Of a DNA stretch of 64,000 bases, positions 50,383 through 62,451 are shown in pieces. How positions within the stretch are numbered: the first letter of the stretch is position 1; each line of letters opens with the position of its first letter. This DNA comes from Azolla caroliniana. Lineage: Eukaryota; Plantae; Polypodiophyta. Location: positions 3,286,001-3,350,000 of the forward strand of contig JBHGNT010000016.1 of the NCBI GenBank assembly GCA_043228905.1. Reading direction: 5' to 3'. The notes below the pieces were generated by a model. That model was not told the origin of the DNA, searched no databases, and saw nothing but the letters and a program-made list of their open reading frames with translations. Made by a program: the position numbers and the translations under genes.

Positions 50383-53150
50383 CTCAATGTTGGACCACCG
50401 TTCTAGAGCTGAGAGGAGGTGTTGGAGGGTGGCAGCTCCAGCCCTGAACCCTCTTTCATCTTTATTATCTTTGTACTATATTCTCTCCCTTCCCAGATTA
50501 TTCCCTCTCTAGAATCTACAACTCCTTTAATGCCGTCTCTCTCTAGAATTTGTAATGCTTTAAATGCCTTTTTTCTCTTCTACTTTTTCCAAGATATTCC
50601 CTTTTATTCCTAGTTTTTTGTACCTATTTGGTAGTACAAGAGCCACTTTACTACCAAACAACCATTTCACCCACTTTCCCCAATTTTGTATAAATAGGCT
50701 ATACCAGCCTCTTTTGAAAAGACTTTTTTTACTTTGGTTGCTACTTAAAAACAAGCTCTATTCCTTGGCGGTGTCTTTGCTCTTTGCAACCATTTTTTCT
50801 ACTGCTGTCTAACAGCCTTCTCACAGCTTGGTTGTGCCTATTTTGTTTTAAGTCTTCAGCTGCTGCTATTAACAGCTTTTCTCACAATCTTTGCTTCGTC
50901 TAGCTTAGCTCTAGACCAATTGCAGCTAGGGTCTGCTTGTAGCAACCGTTGCGCGGCCGCAACGAACTTCTGTAATTTTGTTTCAATGGCTCGAACCTAC
51001 TGGAGGGCCATCTTGGTTTCCTGTTGTAAAAAGGAGGAGAGGGCCAATTTCTTCAGCAAATCCTCACTGGCCGATTCACTTACAATGGTCTCCTGCCAGA
51101 TGCTTTGCAACCCTGCTTTCACCTTTGCACTCTTCATGATCTTTGTGGGGATTTTCACATTGAGACTTCCCTTGCTACCGCGGGGTGGGTTAAGGTCTAG
51201 TCTCATAGGCTGGTGATCCGAGAAGGGAAGACCTGCCAAGATAGCGAAGGAGCCCCCCAGCTCTTCGAGGGACGAGCTGATGTATATGCGGTTTAGCCGT
51301 GCAAGACTACCACCCCTAGCATTCACGACAACTAGGGAGAAGTGTAGTGAATGTGAGCATCTCCTAAGGGAAGAGCTCCATGTATCCTTCACCCCAATTT
51401 TGCCAATTAGGAAAGCCCATGCGTCCAACTACGCACCATGAAGCGGTCTTTGGGTCCCCCCTTTCCTATCTCCCAAGTGCTCAGTCATATTGAAATCACC
51501 GGCCATTACCCATGCCTCTACATCAGGCAATGTTGTCGCTAACATCCTCCAAAAGATTGCTCTCTCGGGGGAAGAGTTAGGGGCATAAATGTTTAGCACC
51601 CCAATCTGAAGGTGATTCCATTTCAAAAGCACATATAAGGCTCTACCTGCCACCAGCGTGCCATGTGATGTTACTTCGTAACAAGCCTGATCGCTAATCA
51701 AGATGTAGACCCCTCCTCTTCGGTGGAGGTCACCGTGTGCAGCTGACCACCACGTGGTCCATCCACCCGACAAGGGGTTTACTAGGCTCTATGTTCTCTC
51801 TTGAGAGAGGTGGTGTTCCTACAAAAGCAATATGTCAATGTTGCCCCCTATATTAAGGGGATTCAACTCCTCCCGAAGTCTTTTGCACTCATGTTGTTGC
51901 CGGCCTCCACCAAGGCCCTGCACATTCCATGTTAGGATCCTCATCTGAAGGCGGTGAGGTTGACACCCATGTTGGGGCCGACCCCCATGTCAAGGGGAAA
52001 ACTATCATCTACTTCTGGGGGTAGGGACTCCATAATAGATTGGAGAGCCTCTAAGGGATTCCCAACTTGTCGTTCCTGGCCTGCTTCAAATAGTTCCCGC
52101 GATACAGTTTGGCTCCTAAGCGGTTGCATATCCTACACCCCTCTAGCTCAGAGAGACGTCGCCAAACAAGGTGATGGTCTGCCTATTTTGCCCTTGATCG
52201 TGCCCGTCCGGATCCATGACTTCATTAATCTGAGGTCACCACCACATTCATGTTCCATCATGAGGGGGGCCTTTGTCAACATCTCCTCTGGGGTGGACGG
52301 TACCAGTTGTGGTTGCATCTCCATCGGGGTGGAGAACACGAGCTTGGGGGACAAGGATTCGCATGGGGACAATGTTGCTGCCAACGCTTCTGGGTCGCCA
52401 TCCCCTAGCCCTTGGAGCAATGTAAATCTGTTGGACGCTCTCACCTGTAGGGTGTGCACCTCCGCACTCCCCAAGAGGATCTTCACCCGTTTCAAGGGTT
52501 GTTCGTCCACACTTGCTAGTGACAAGGTAGGAGAATTTCTTTCTACGGGACAGTCTTGAAAGAGGGGGGGAGAGGTTGCACCTAGGTTTCAAAGTTTCCC
52601 TTGCTTCTTAACGGGGTGCCAAGGAGCCTCGCTGCCCTTGGGTGGCGCAACCTTCCCTGAGGTTCGAGGTCCCAAGCTTCCCTTTCCAATCTTACAAGGA
52701 CATTCCTTAGCTAGGTGCCCTTTCTGTTTGCAGATGAAACACTGCCCAGGGAGTCCCTCATAAACCACATTCACCATTGTGAGACCTAACTCCTTAGAGT
52801 AGAGCCTAATTCTTGTTGGAAGTCCATGGAGGGAAGGCAGTAAGATGCGTAGCTTGGGCACCTCCGCTACTGTATCTGCCATGGACATTGTTTTAGGGAA
52901 AATCGTCCCTATTTGTTCGCCAAAAAAAAGGAGCAGATGACACAAATGGGGAGGGAGGCCAGGAAATGTCCCTACCACTGGTTGCGCCAACGTGCCATCA
53001 CCCAATTTAATGTGGAAGAAAGTTTTCCCTAAACCTTGGATGCTCTTGATCGGAGGAATGTTTTCCATCACAACCACTTGGAGCATGTCCCGAACCATGC
53101 CACGACATGGTCTACCTGCAAGGAACCTACATACAAAGGAAGTACGACGT

Positions 53151-53228
53151 TGTCGCATTGTTATGCGCGTGCGTGGAGAACAAGGCGGGACCGCTGGGGT
53201 CTTGGACCGAGGAATAAGTGAGGAAAGG

Positions 53229-53261
<33 letters not shown>

Positions 53262-53840
53262 GCTCACTCACGTATAGACAAAGAAGCACACGGGGACGCG
53301 GCCCAACAACACAGGAGACACGAGTTGAGAACACTAGAGTATGTATGTAAATATATGCATGTATTTGTAGGTATGCAAATGACTCGAACGGTTACAACCG
53401 ATCAGGTCGGCGAGATGGATGCCGACGCCTGATCACCCACGCACACAGGGGAGCAAGATGGAGATTTTGCCGGAAGCACACGGGCGTTCCACGGAGCAGA
53501 ATCAGCCTCCTGAGAACCTGCGCAAAAGAAAGCTATGGAGAGAAGAAGAGCTCGGTCCCAGTCCGACAACACTTCGTCCCCTCCAGCGCGCCCTACCTTC
53601 TCTCCCGTCTCCCTCTCTTTTATAGCTCAAGGAGGGAGGCCGTTTCACCCGTTTACATTACATTAATTCTCTGTCCTTTCGGACAGAGATTCTCCACGAT
53701 TCTCCCTATAGAATTTTGCTACCTAGTATTTGACTTTTGTGCCTACCTATCTACTATAAATCAAGGGGCGTGCCTAGTGTAAGGGCCGGTTCACACACGC
53801 TATACACGGTTTGCACCTAAGGACAGTTTTCTTCACGACA
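53151..53840 (-). mobile_element. Second solo-LTR-like insertion with 4-bp TSD ACGT
   Basis: TGTCG...TTCACGACA (minus strand starts TGTCGTGAAG); ACGT at 53147-53150 and 53841-53844. Excision restores LINE ORF1 LAEEIERLRRTSF. Minus-strand CTATAAAAGAGAGGG near 53625. Confidence 0.9.
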
Positions 53841-54765
53841 ACGTAGGCGTTCGATTTCCTCCGCTAAGAGCCGATTGGCCTCTAGGGACAGGGTGATGTC
53901 AAGATTTGTTCCGCTTTCTTCATGTAGCACAGTGGGTTCTAATGGAAGTTCAGTTTCTCCCACCATTGCACTCTATGGTTCTGTTTTTTGTTTTTTCCCC
54001 TTCCCTTTTGTCGTGTTTCGTTTTCTTTCTTTTTTTCCCCGTTTTTAAAAAAAATATTTTAAATATAAAATTTTGAGTTTTTAATAAATTTTTTAATTTT
54101 ATTTTTTAATTTTATCTTTTTTATTTATATATACTTTTTTTTGGGGGGGGGGGGGAGGGGGGGGGTATAGGTTTGGAGAGAGGGAGGCCCACTCTTCGAA
54201 TTGTGGGTTTGGAGGGGGCCACTCTTCGTTACATTACTATATGATGCTTCATTGTTATACATTTCATTATTATAGAAAGTACACAAAGATGCACAAATAA
54301 ACATAACTACCTCACAAAGATAATGAAACACATAAAATAAATATCGTGTTAATGTTTTTACTAATAAGTATGAAAAAAAAAGGTTAGTAAAACATTTAGT
54401 TTTAACTTAAAACTTAAAACATTAAAATCAAACCTAGAGTTTACACTCTTAAAGTATTTAAAAGGTTATTGTTTAAAATTTCAATCAAATTTCAACTAAT
54501 ATTATTAGTAAAAAATAAATATTTGAGAGTATATGTATATCATATTACATGATGATGATATTATTTTAAGCGTGTTATAAAAAACATATAGTATAAATAT
54601 ATATATATATTTTTTTCCAAAAAAAACACTACTTCCCATTAGTTAGCAAAAGAATTACATCGAAGAACAGCCATAATCAAAACAGCATAATCCTCACCTA
54701 ACTATTTACAACAAGAGTAACCCACTGCCTCTTTTTACATAGTGACCACCATGGTGACCACATAT

Positions 54766-57700
54766 TCACAACGAAGCCAGTGGCGGAAACAACCATCTTG
54801 GTGCTTGGTAATTCCATTTAGGACCAGACGCTGAATTAACCATCATAGGAGAGCGACCCCATTTCAGCAAAAACTTTGAGCGAGCCCTGTCTGCTGCATC
54901 CGAGTTCCCTTCAATTGAGTTGTACTGTCCGCGCAACCAAGATACCAGCTCGAACCAAATGTTTAGCAACACCTCACCGCTTGGGAGTTTTCGTTGCTGA
55001 AAAACAAACATACATCGTCTGGTCCAAATGTGCCAGACCGAGAAGCATGCCACCAACATCCATATCTCCTCAAAAAAACCAGAGTTTGTACCAGGTTCTA
55101 CTCCAACACTTTTGAATACACTGCCGCCCTGCAATATAAAACCATGACCATGTGGATTTAATTGTTCCGCCCAACCTTCCTTAGTTAGTTTCAAACCCTG
55201 TAAGGACCCCCACACAACTCTCCCATTCACCCCGCATGCTGCCACTATCCTGAGACTTCGACCCCAAATGCTGATTGCCTCTGCACAATTCCAAAAACAG
55301 TGAGGTATCGATTCCAAAGAGTGACCACATAACAGGCAACCAGCCTCCCCACCACGAGACCTCATCCACTCCCCTACCGGTAACGCCTTATGACTAAGAA
55401 GCCAAAACCACACCTTGATTTTTTCTGGCATATCAGATGCCCATAGTCTCCGCCAAAACGACTTCAACAAGTCATCTGATATGCCTTTATCCCTCCAACT
55501 ATTGCGAGTTTGAGCAGCACCCACTGATTTGGAGCCAATGATTTGCCTTCCGAGCTTAGTACTATAATCAAAAAACCCCACCAGTTTGTTCGTTCCCGGT
55601 TTTTGCCACCATACCTCTAGTGGATCCCACTCCAAATCATGTAGAGGCTTGTTGTCCAATAGCCATAGTTTACAATCATTATCTAGCTTCCCTGGGTCTG
55701 GGTTTAATTGCCACTTCTTACCTTCCAACACTGCCACCCGCACTGCCAACCACTGACCATTGTCGGACAAAGCACTTAGGTTTCCCCACAAACGATATTC
55801 ATTAGATGGACACTTGCCACGGATAATTTGTCCATCACTCTCACCTACAAACCACCCAGACCAGACCCCCTCTTCCTTATCCAACCTATCTAGACCATCA
55901 ACAGCCTTATTTATCAGTTGGGTCACCTTCTCAAGCCTACAAGAAATGCTACCAAACTGACCCTCCCTCCTCTTCATTTTGAAAACATCCCACTCTCTTA
56001 CTGAACTAACATTGTACCTAACATGCGGCCCCATGGCAAATATTTTTTCTGTCCAAGCATCATGCCGTCCTCGTTTCTAATCCTAGGGTTCCAAAATAAC
56101 GGTTGTCAGAGTTGTTCCTCCAATGTTTTCGGTTGCATTAAGACCAACCCATCTCTTACACTTGACCAAGCCATCATTATGGCACGGGCCACCCTGTCCT
56201 CCATGCTATTTGGTTGTTTCAGCTTTAAATCTGGACTGAACAACCACCACATCTTTGCCTTCCAAGGGCCGCCATTCCTTGGACACCAAAGGTAAGCTCT
56301 ATCCCTAAGAAGCAACTTCCACAATTCAGGACCAAGTTGTAAACTTCGCACAAGTAGCTTACCTAGTAAAGCTTTACTTTGGTGAACTGGATCCACCAAC
56401 CCAAGTCCACCTTGGTTTTTCGCCTTGATCAAACAACTCCACGCCACTTTAGCTGATGCCCTCTCATGGTCTCTACCCGACCATAGGAACCCTCTCACCA
56501 TTGCCTTAATATTTTTTATGCAAGTTTTGTCTAACACCCAACATGCCACCGAGTGCCACATGGTGGCTAACAAAATGTGGTTTACCACGACCACCCTACC
56601 TGCAAGAGAGAGCTTTACTGATGCCCACACCCGAAGCTTTTTTCTGATTTTGTCTTTCACTTGCTCAAGTTGCTGATTTTTGGGTGTCTCAACGCCCACC
56701 AAAAAACCCAAATATTTAACAGCCATTCCAGTGGGGACCCATTGAAAATCAGCATTAGGGCACCAAAGAGGCCATGGGTTTGAACTTACCCAAAATCCCT
56801 TGCTTTTGTTCCAATTGATTTTCCCTCCTGATGCTCTACAAAACAACTCAATTCGACTTTCAGCAAGCTGTAAATTATCATCATTGCCTTGTAGATAGAG
56901 CATAGTGTCATCTGCGTATGATGAGTCCAACAACTCCTTGCCCGCTTGTGGGACAACTAACCCCCTTATTCCTGCATCTGGTTTGTTTAAAAAGAAAGAG
57001 AATGCCTCTGCAATAAATAAATAAAGGTAGGGGGCCAACGGGCACCCTTGCCTGACAGACTTGCATAATGGAATTCGTGGGCCCCGATGCCCTGACACCA
57101 TCACCCTACTCAAACTTCCTTCGTAAAGGGCTAACGCAGCCGATCTCCATTTGGAGGGTAGTCCCAACCTCTCCATCACTTTATCTAAGAAAGGCCATTG
57201 TACTCTGTCATACGCCTTCTCGAAGTCAAGCATGAGACATGCAATATGTTGATTGGTTTTCTTTGCCAAGGCAATCGCCTCCCAAAAGGTCAACACATTA
57301 TCAATTATGCATCTGTTTGCCATGAATCCTGTTTGTCCAACATTAATTAGTGCATTCAAGTGGGGTTTGACCCGCTTGGCCAATATATTGGCAAAAATCT
57401 TATATATTGTGTTGAGCAATGTAATCGGTCTCCATTGCCTTGCATCAGCTATTAGGCCTTGTACCTTTGGAATTAGAAATATCAGCCCCTCTTTAAAATG
57501 CTCAGGTAAACGGCCAAGAGCCCATGCCTCATTAAGACCATCAACCAAGTCAACCTTAATCACTTCCCAAAAGTTTTCAAAAAAATCTCTTGATAATCCG
57601 TCGATGCCTGGACAAGACGTTCTACATATACCCGCCAAAGCATCTGACACCTCCTCTTCCAAGATTGGCCTTGACAAATGAACTTGTGCAACCTCTGAAA

Positions 57701-59057
57701 TTCTTTGTTGCATACCCTCCAATACAAATTCTGTTAGATTAGGCTATTCGGGGATAATAGAACTGTATGAGAGTAACCCACGATAGTGAGTTGTGATTGC
57801 CTCCATGATCTCTGACACATCCTCCGATGCTGATCCATCCTCCTTAATCAGCTTAGGATTGCAACTACAGTTTGATCTCGGCTTTTTATACTTAAAAAAT
57901 TGATGATTTACCTTATCCCCATTCTTGCTCCACCATGCCGCGGAACTCCTGAATAACATCGTGTTTCTAGACGTAATCAATCGTTGTAACGTTTCTCTAG
58001 CAGCCTCAAGACCGGCTCTAGACCATTGACACGTGGGATCTTTCTGAAGCATTCTTTGGGCAGCTGCTATTGATCTTCTTAATCCCACTTCTCTTTCTTT
58101 AGACTTTGCAATTCTATTTTTAGTCTCTACGTGCAAATATAGTGAAGTTTCGATAATCTTTCTACTAAGTGACTCAAGTGCACCACAACCAGCTGGCTTA
58201 GTTGCCCATATGCACCTTATCTTACTTCCCACTTCCGCATCCTCAAAAAGCTTACTATTGATCCTCATGTTGCGGTCTCTATTTGGCCTCCTCTGATTGA
58301 CTAATGTAATCTGAACCGGCATATGATCAGAGTAAGCTGAACCAACGATTATTTCAACATTATTACCATATTTTTCAAGTTCTGAGCTTATGTAAATTCT
58401 ATCTATGCGAGACATGCAAAAGCCATTTATACTACAACCTGCTCTTGAAAAGCTTAGTGAACTCCGAGGCTTTTCTAGAACATACCATGCATCTTTCACT
58501 CCTAATCGTCCCATCAACAGATCCCAAGCAACTAAATCTGACCCTTGGACCACTGTATGAGTGCCACCCACCTTGTCCTCTGTGTGCAAAGTCATGTTAA
58601 AATCCCCTGCAAGGATCCACGCATCTGCAAATGGCAAGCCATCAGCCAATTGCCTCCAAAAAACAGCCCGCAAAGCGGACGAATTGGGGGCATACACGTT
58701 TACTATCCCAACTATACATTGATGCCATCTTACCGACACACAAATGGCTTGTCCCTCCACTATGGTGTCCTGACCCACGACCACAATATCCGGATTGTGC
58801 CTAATAGATGTACAAACACCTCCTTTTCTACCATGCTCACCCTGAGCTGGAGACCAAAATGTATGCCAATCCCCCTCAAGAGGATTGCCAATACTCAAGA
58901 TTCTGTCCGCACACAAATGATGCTCTTGCAAGAGAAAAATGTCCGGGATCCCCTTAAAGCACGGGGATTTGAACTCCTGACAAAAGTTCTTCCTTTCCAT
59001 CATGCACTTGCTTCCACCAAGACCTTGTATGTTCCACGTGAATAACTTCAAGAACAT
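54766..59057 (-). pseudogene. LINE ORF2 (APE endonuclease - RT - zf-RVT) with two in-frame stops and one frameshift
   Basis: Starts MFLKLFTWNIQG; motifs LQEHH, AGDFN, SDH, DFEKAYDRV, RQGCPLAP, YADD, CLLC..ESIPHCFWNC. Stops at 57744-57746 and 56106-56108; frameshift near 56015. Confidence 0.92.
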
Positions 59058-61324
59058 AATTGAGAGGTCTCCCAAGAAGGACAAAGTCCCTCCCCATGAA
59101 TCCATGCCCAACCTCCCGCATTGATCTTCTCCCATCCTAACACCACATCCTGCCTTATATCTTCTTCCAGTTCCTCCTCATGGAAGTGTAGCACCTCATA
59201 GAGGGAGTCTACCTTCTCCTCTAGGCAAAATAATAGCTGCTTTTTAATGCAAGCATCATCGAAACTCCCACATGACATTCCAACGGTCATCCACATCGAC
59301 ATCCACTTATCCCCACTCAAGGTGACTGGCAGGCTGTTGAAGTATTTGTGTGCCTTGACTTCTATGGAGCTAGAGATAGGTGCCATGTTACTAGCCGAAA
59401 CCTCCAGGTCCAACAAATCAAATGAGAAGCCTAATTTCAGCAACTTGTTACGTTCAGCAATAATGACATAAACCCTCAGCCCTAAGGCCTCCTCATGACA
59501 AAAATCAGTTAATCTCGTGAGAGCCTGCTGGCTAAACTTACACCCCATGCCTAGAGTGCCCCTTTCTGAACTTTTGGCCCTAACAAATTTGACGAGAACT
59601 CTGACCGGTGCTTCACTACTTTCATGACGTGTCACTTGTGGCTTCTGAAATTCGGAAGTGGTGGAAGAGCTTTCTTGACCTCTCCCCTTACGTAACCATT
59701 CTTTCATTGCTCTCAATCCAATACTTCCACTTTTACCAATGGAGGAGGGTGAGCTCATGACATTTTCTTGGCTAAGGTGTGTATTGTTTAGTAAAACATC
59801 GGGTGTGCATGCTACCACCTCTTCCACATTAGTTGTCCTTTGATCTTGTAGTGTGACACCCTCTTCTTGCAACACTGCAAAACGATTCCTCAAAACTACC
59901 TGAGGTGTAGCTGTGTTTCCTTCTTCTTGCAATCCATTTTTACGTCCCAAAACAAGAGACCAGACATTAGCATTAGCCTTCACATTCTCAGCCTCATCGA
60001 GAGTATTTTGTCTTGCCACCCTTGTCTTCTCTTGCTTACCTAACGGCCCCTTAAGCTTCTCCCTTTTTACGCTATTATTGATCTTCCTAGGGCATTCTTT
60101 AGCCATGTGACCGTTTTTTTTACAGTAGAAACATTGACCAGGTAGACCCTCATATTCCACTTCCACATCTATCAGTCTTGCCTCCACATCATGCACCCTG
60201 ATGATAGAGGGGAGAGAGGACAAACTTTGCACAAGCACCCTAATCTTAGGGGAGTCTCTGATTTTGTCTGCCATGGTTTCCTTTAAAGGACAAACTGTGC
60301 CAATCTTTGCCCCAATCTTTGGCATCAAGGGGTATAAATGTCGCGGAAGATTGGGAAATACCATAGATACCACCATGGGGTTACCAAGTTTTTTTGCTTC
60401 CTCCATAACATTGAAATTAGGATGCCATTCCAATAAGAGAGCTCTTCCATATTTCAGCTCTACAAATTTCATATCAAGAATTTGTGATAGATTACTCCCC
60501 TCCGCCACTTCAATGTGAAAGAAATTACGTCCCATATTATCCACATTCTTTATATGTGGGATCCTATCCATTAGAGCTACCTGTAACATGTCACGAACCA
60601 TACCCCTACTAGGCCTACCACCAAGTAATTTGCAAATGAACGAACACTTCGTTAATCTTCTAATCTCCGCATTTAAGATTTCACTTTCTTCCTCGGACAG
60701 AAAAACATCAAGTATCTCAGAGCTTTCCTTCGATTCCAATTGCTTATCATAGTCCCCTATCCGACATGCATTATGTGCTTGACCACATTCATTCAAAAGG
60801 TTCTCCACCTGCATCATGTCCTCGGTGGCCTCCATTTCCACAACATCTAGCCCCTTATACGGCCCACCTTGTGGTCCCCGTTGCCTCTCTTCTACTTCCA
60901 TATGCCATAATGCATGGTTGGGGAGGTCTCCCCCACCCTCTTGCGTCCCTACCTCTTTATTCCAAGCTTCTGACTCTCCCCACACCCGTGAGTCCTCCCT
61001 ACAATAAACTATGAAGGCAGCCGCTGCCATACCGCTGGCGGGAGCCCTAACCTCCTCTCCCAACAATCCCCCATTATTAGTTTGATGCACTACTTCCTTG
61101 CATATCTTACTAATATCTCCACTGATGTGTTTCCCTACATCTTTCCACATGTTGTTTCCTTTCCTTTGTCCCAAAATCACTGCCTGTTGCTTCTCCCAAT
61201 TCTTACTCATCCCTTGCAATGCATACCTCGACTCCACCCATCGTCCAGCTGGCCCCCTTGCCGCCGATGCTTTAGCTGCCACCATTGATGCTTTATTGCC
61301 CACTGTTGGCTCATTCACCACCAT
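59048..61324 (-). CDS. LINE ORF1 protein (758 aa; nucleic-acid-binding region + CCHC zinc knuckle)
   Basis: Uninterrupted ORF upstream of ORF2; VEYEGLPGQCFYCKKNGHMAKECP knuckle; homologous to the ORF1 remnant at 52589-53150. Confidence 0.9.
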   Translation of the reverse strand: MVVNEPTVGNKASMVAAKASAARGPAGRWVESRYALQGMSKNWEKQQAVILGQRKGNNMWKDVGKHISGDISKICKEVVHQTNNGGLLGEEVRAPASGMAAAAFIVYCREDSRVWGESEAWNKEVGTQEGGGDLPNHALWHMEVEERQRGPQGGPYKGLDVVEMEATEDMMQVENLLNECGQAHNACRIGDYDKQLESKESSEILDVFLSEEESEILNAEIRRLTKCSFICKLLGGRPSRGMVRDMLQVALMDRIPHIKNVDNMGRNFFHIEVAEGSNLSQILDMKFVELKYGRALLLEWHPNFNVMEEAKKLGNPMVVSMVFPNLPRHLYPLMPKIGAKIGTVCPLKETMADKIRDSPKIRVLVQSLSSLPSIIRVHDVEARLIDVEVEYEGLPGQCFYCKKNGHMAKECPRKINNSVKREKLKGPLGKQEKTRVARQNTLDEAENVKANANVWSLVLGRKNGLQEEGNTATPQVVLRNRFAVLQEEGVTLQDQRTTNVEEVVACTPDVLLNNTHLSQENVMSSPSSIGKSGSIGLRAMKEWLRKGRGQESSSTTSEFQKPQVTRHESSEAPVRVLVKFVRAKSSERGTLGMGCKFSQQALTRLTDFCHEEALGLRVYVIIAERNKLLKLGFSFDLLDLEVSASNMAPISSSIEVKAHKYFNSLPVTLSGDKWMSMWMTVGMSCGSFDDACIKKQLLFCLEEKVDSLYEVLHFHEEELEEDIRQDVVLGWEKINAGGWAWIHGEGLCPSWETSQLCS

Positions 61325-62451
61325 GTTTCGTTGCCCCTGTGTAGTCCTACTACTAACCTTACACCCTAGTTGAAGAGACTTACCTGATTCATGAGGAGTA
61401 GGGAAACTCGATACCGCTCGGCTGCGTTCGGGGCACTCTCTGCAACCAGAAACCCCGCCATCTCTTGGTTACAGAAATTTGGTTGTTTTAGATGTATAAA
61501 TATATTATTATACACAGTTCATAGTATCTATTGTAAGTGACATATGTATGTATATATAATATATATGACATGGAAAATAGAATTTTGCATAATTTGTAGG
61601 GCCCTTTCACATGAAAAATAGAAATTTAAACTTTATATGTCACTTGACGGGCATTTTTATTATGTGTATGTTTTTTTTCCATAAAAAATATCCTCCATTG
61701 GTATTAAAAATAAAGTAAACAATATACATATATTGTCTTGCATATGTTCAAAACCCTCCTCGGCATATATTATGTGTATGTTTTCGACAAGCAAAATGGC
61801 CTTTTACGGGCATGACACTCGTCAAATTCTTGCCTTTGTTATATCGTCCATTACATTCATGGCAAGGAAAAAGGTAAAACAAAAATCAATGAGATAAATG
61901 GCATGCTTGCTCAAGATGTCATTAAGCACGAAAACACAAGCAACAAATGCCTATCATTATGGTATGATTATCCATGTCACGTAATAATGTAACAATCAAA
62001 GATCATGAGTTTTGTAATATTTTAGAGATCCATTTATAACAGAAGTTTAAAATAACATACCTCTTAATACCAATATCTTTTTTATAGCAATTCATTTTAA
62101 ATGCCCTTACAAAGATTTTCGCCTTTATGTATGATTCACAAATCATATGACCCAGAAACAAAACAATAATACTAAAGTTGAAAATACTAATATTATGAAA
62201 CACATATTTAGATATTTAAGAAAAGAATGGATTAAGGGTGTTAAACACACTGACTGCCCCCAGTAAGGAAGGATAAGAGACGAACATAATATATAATCAG
62301 TATCCCCTACTACGAAGTATTTCCCAATGTTATACCTTGGATGTTGAGACGGATGGATCCAAAGGAACACAACTTTGTCCCACTAATAGAGTATTGATAG
62401 CATCTCAAGAGGTTGTAATGAAAGGGATACCCAATCCCCTTTATATAACCC

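Larger units (their letters stand above)
44820..50886 (+). mobile_element. Full-length Ty1/copia LTR retrotransposon
   Basis: 467-bp LTRs at 44820-45286 and 50420-50886 (TG...CA, 11 mismatches by manual count); TSD ATCTT; PBS TGGTATCAGAGC (tRNA-iMet) at 45287-45298; PPT GAGAGGAGG at 50411-50419. Confidence 0.98.
42020..53975 (-). mobile_element. Degenerate L1-clade LINE interrupted by a copia element and a solo LTR
   Basis: ORF1 remnant with zinc knuckle CFICKQKGHLAKEC; ORF2 begins MRILTWNVQG near 51944, with NIYAPN, AGDFN, SDH, DFEKAYDRV and a zf-RVT-like region at 42055-42369. Many stops and frameshifts. Confidence 0.9.
54603..61493 (-). mobile_element. Near-intact full-length L1-clade LINE
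   Basis: ORF1 + ORF2, short poly(A) tail (T-run at ~54610), TSD GTATAAATATAT (54591-54602, 61494-61505). Confidence 0.95.

Noticed and set aside
53980-61825. Helitron-like host around the intact LINE (ACGGGCATGACACTCGT near 61805)
   Set aside because: 3' end lacks a clean hairpin and CTRR terminus; no 5' TC boundary could be fixed.
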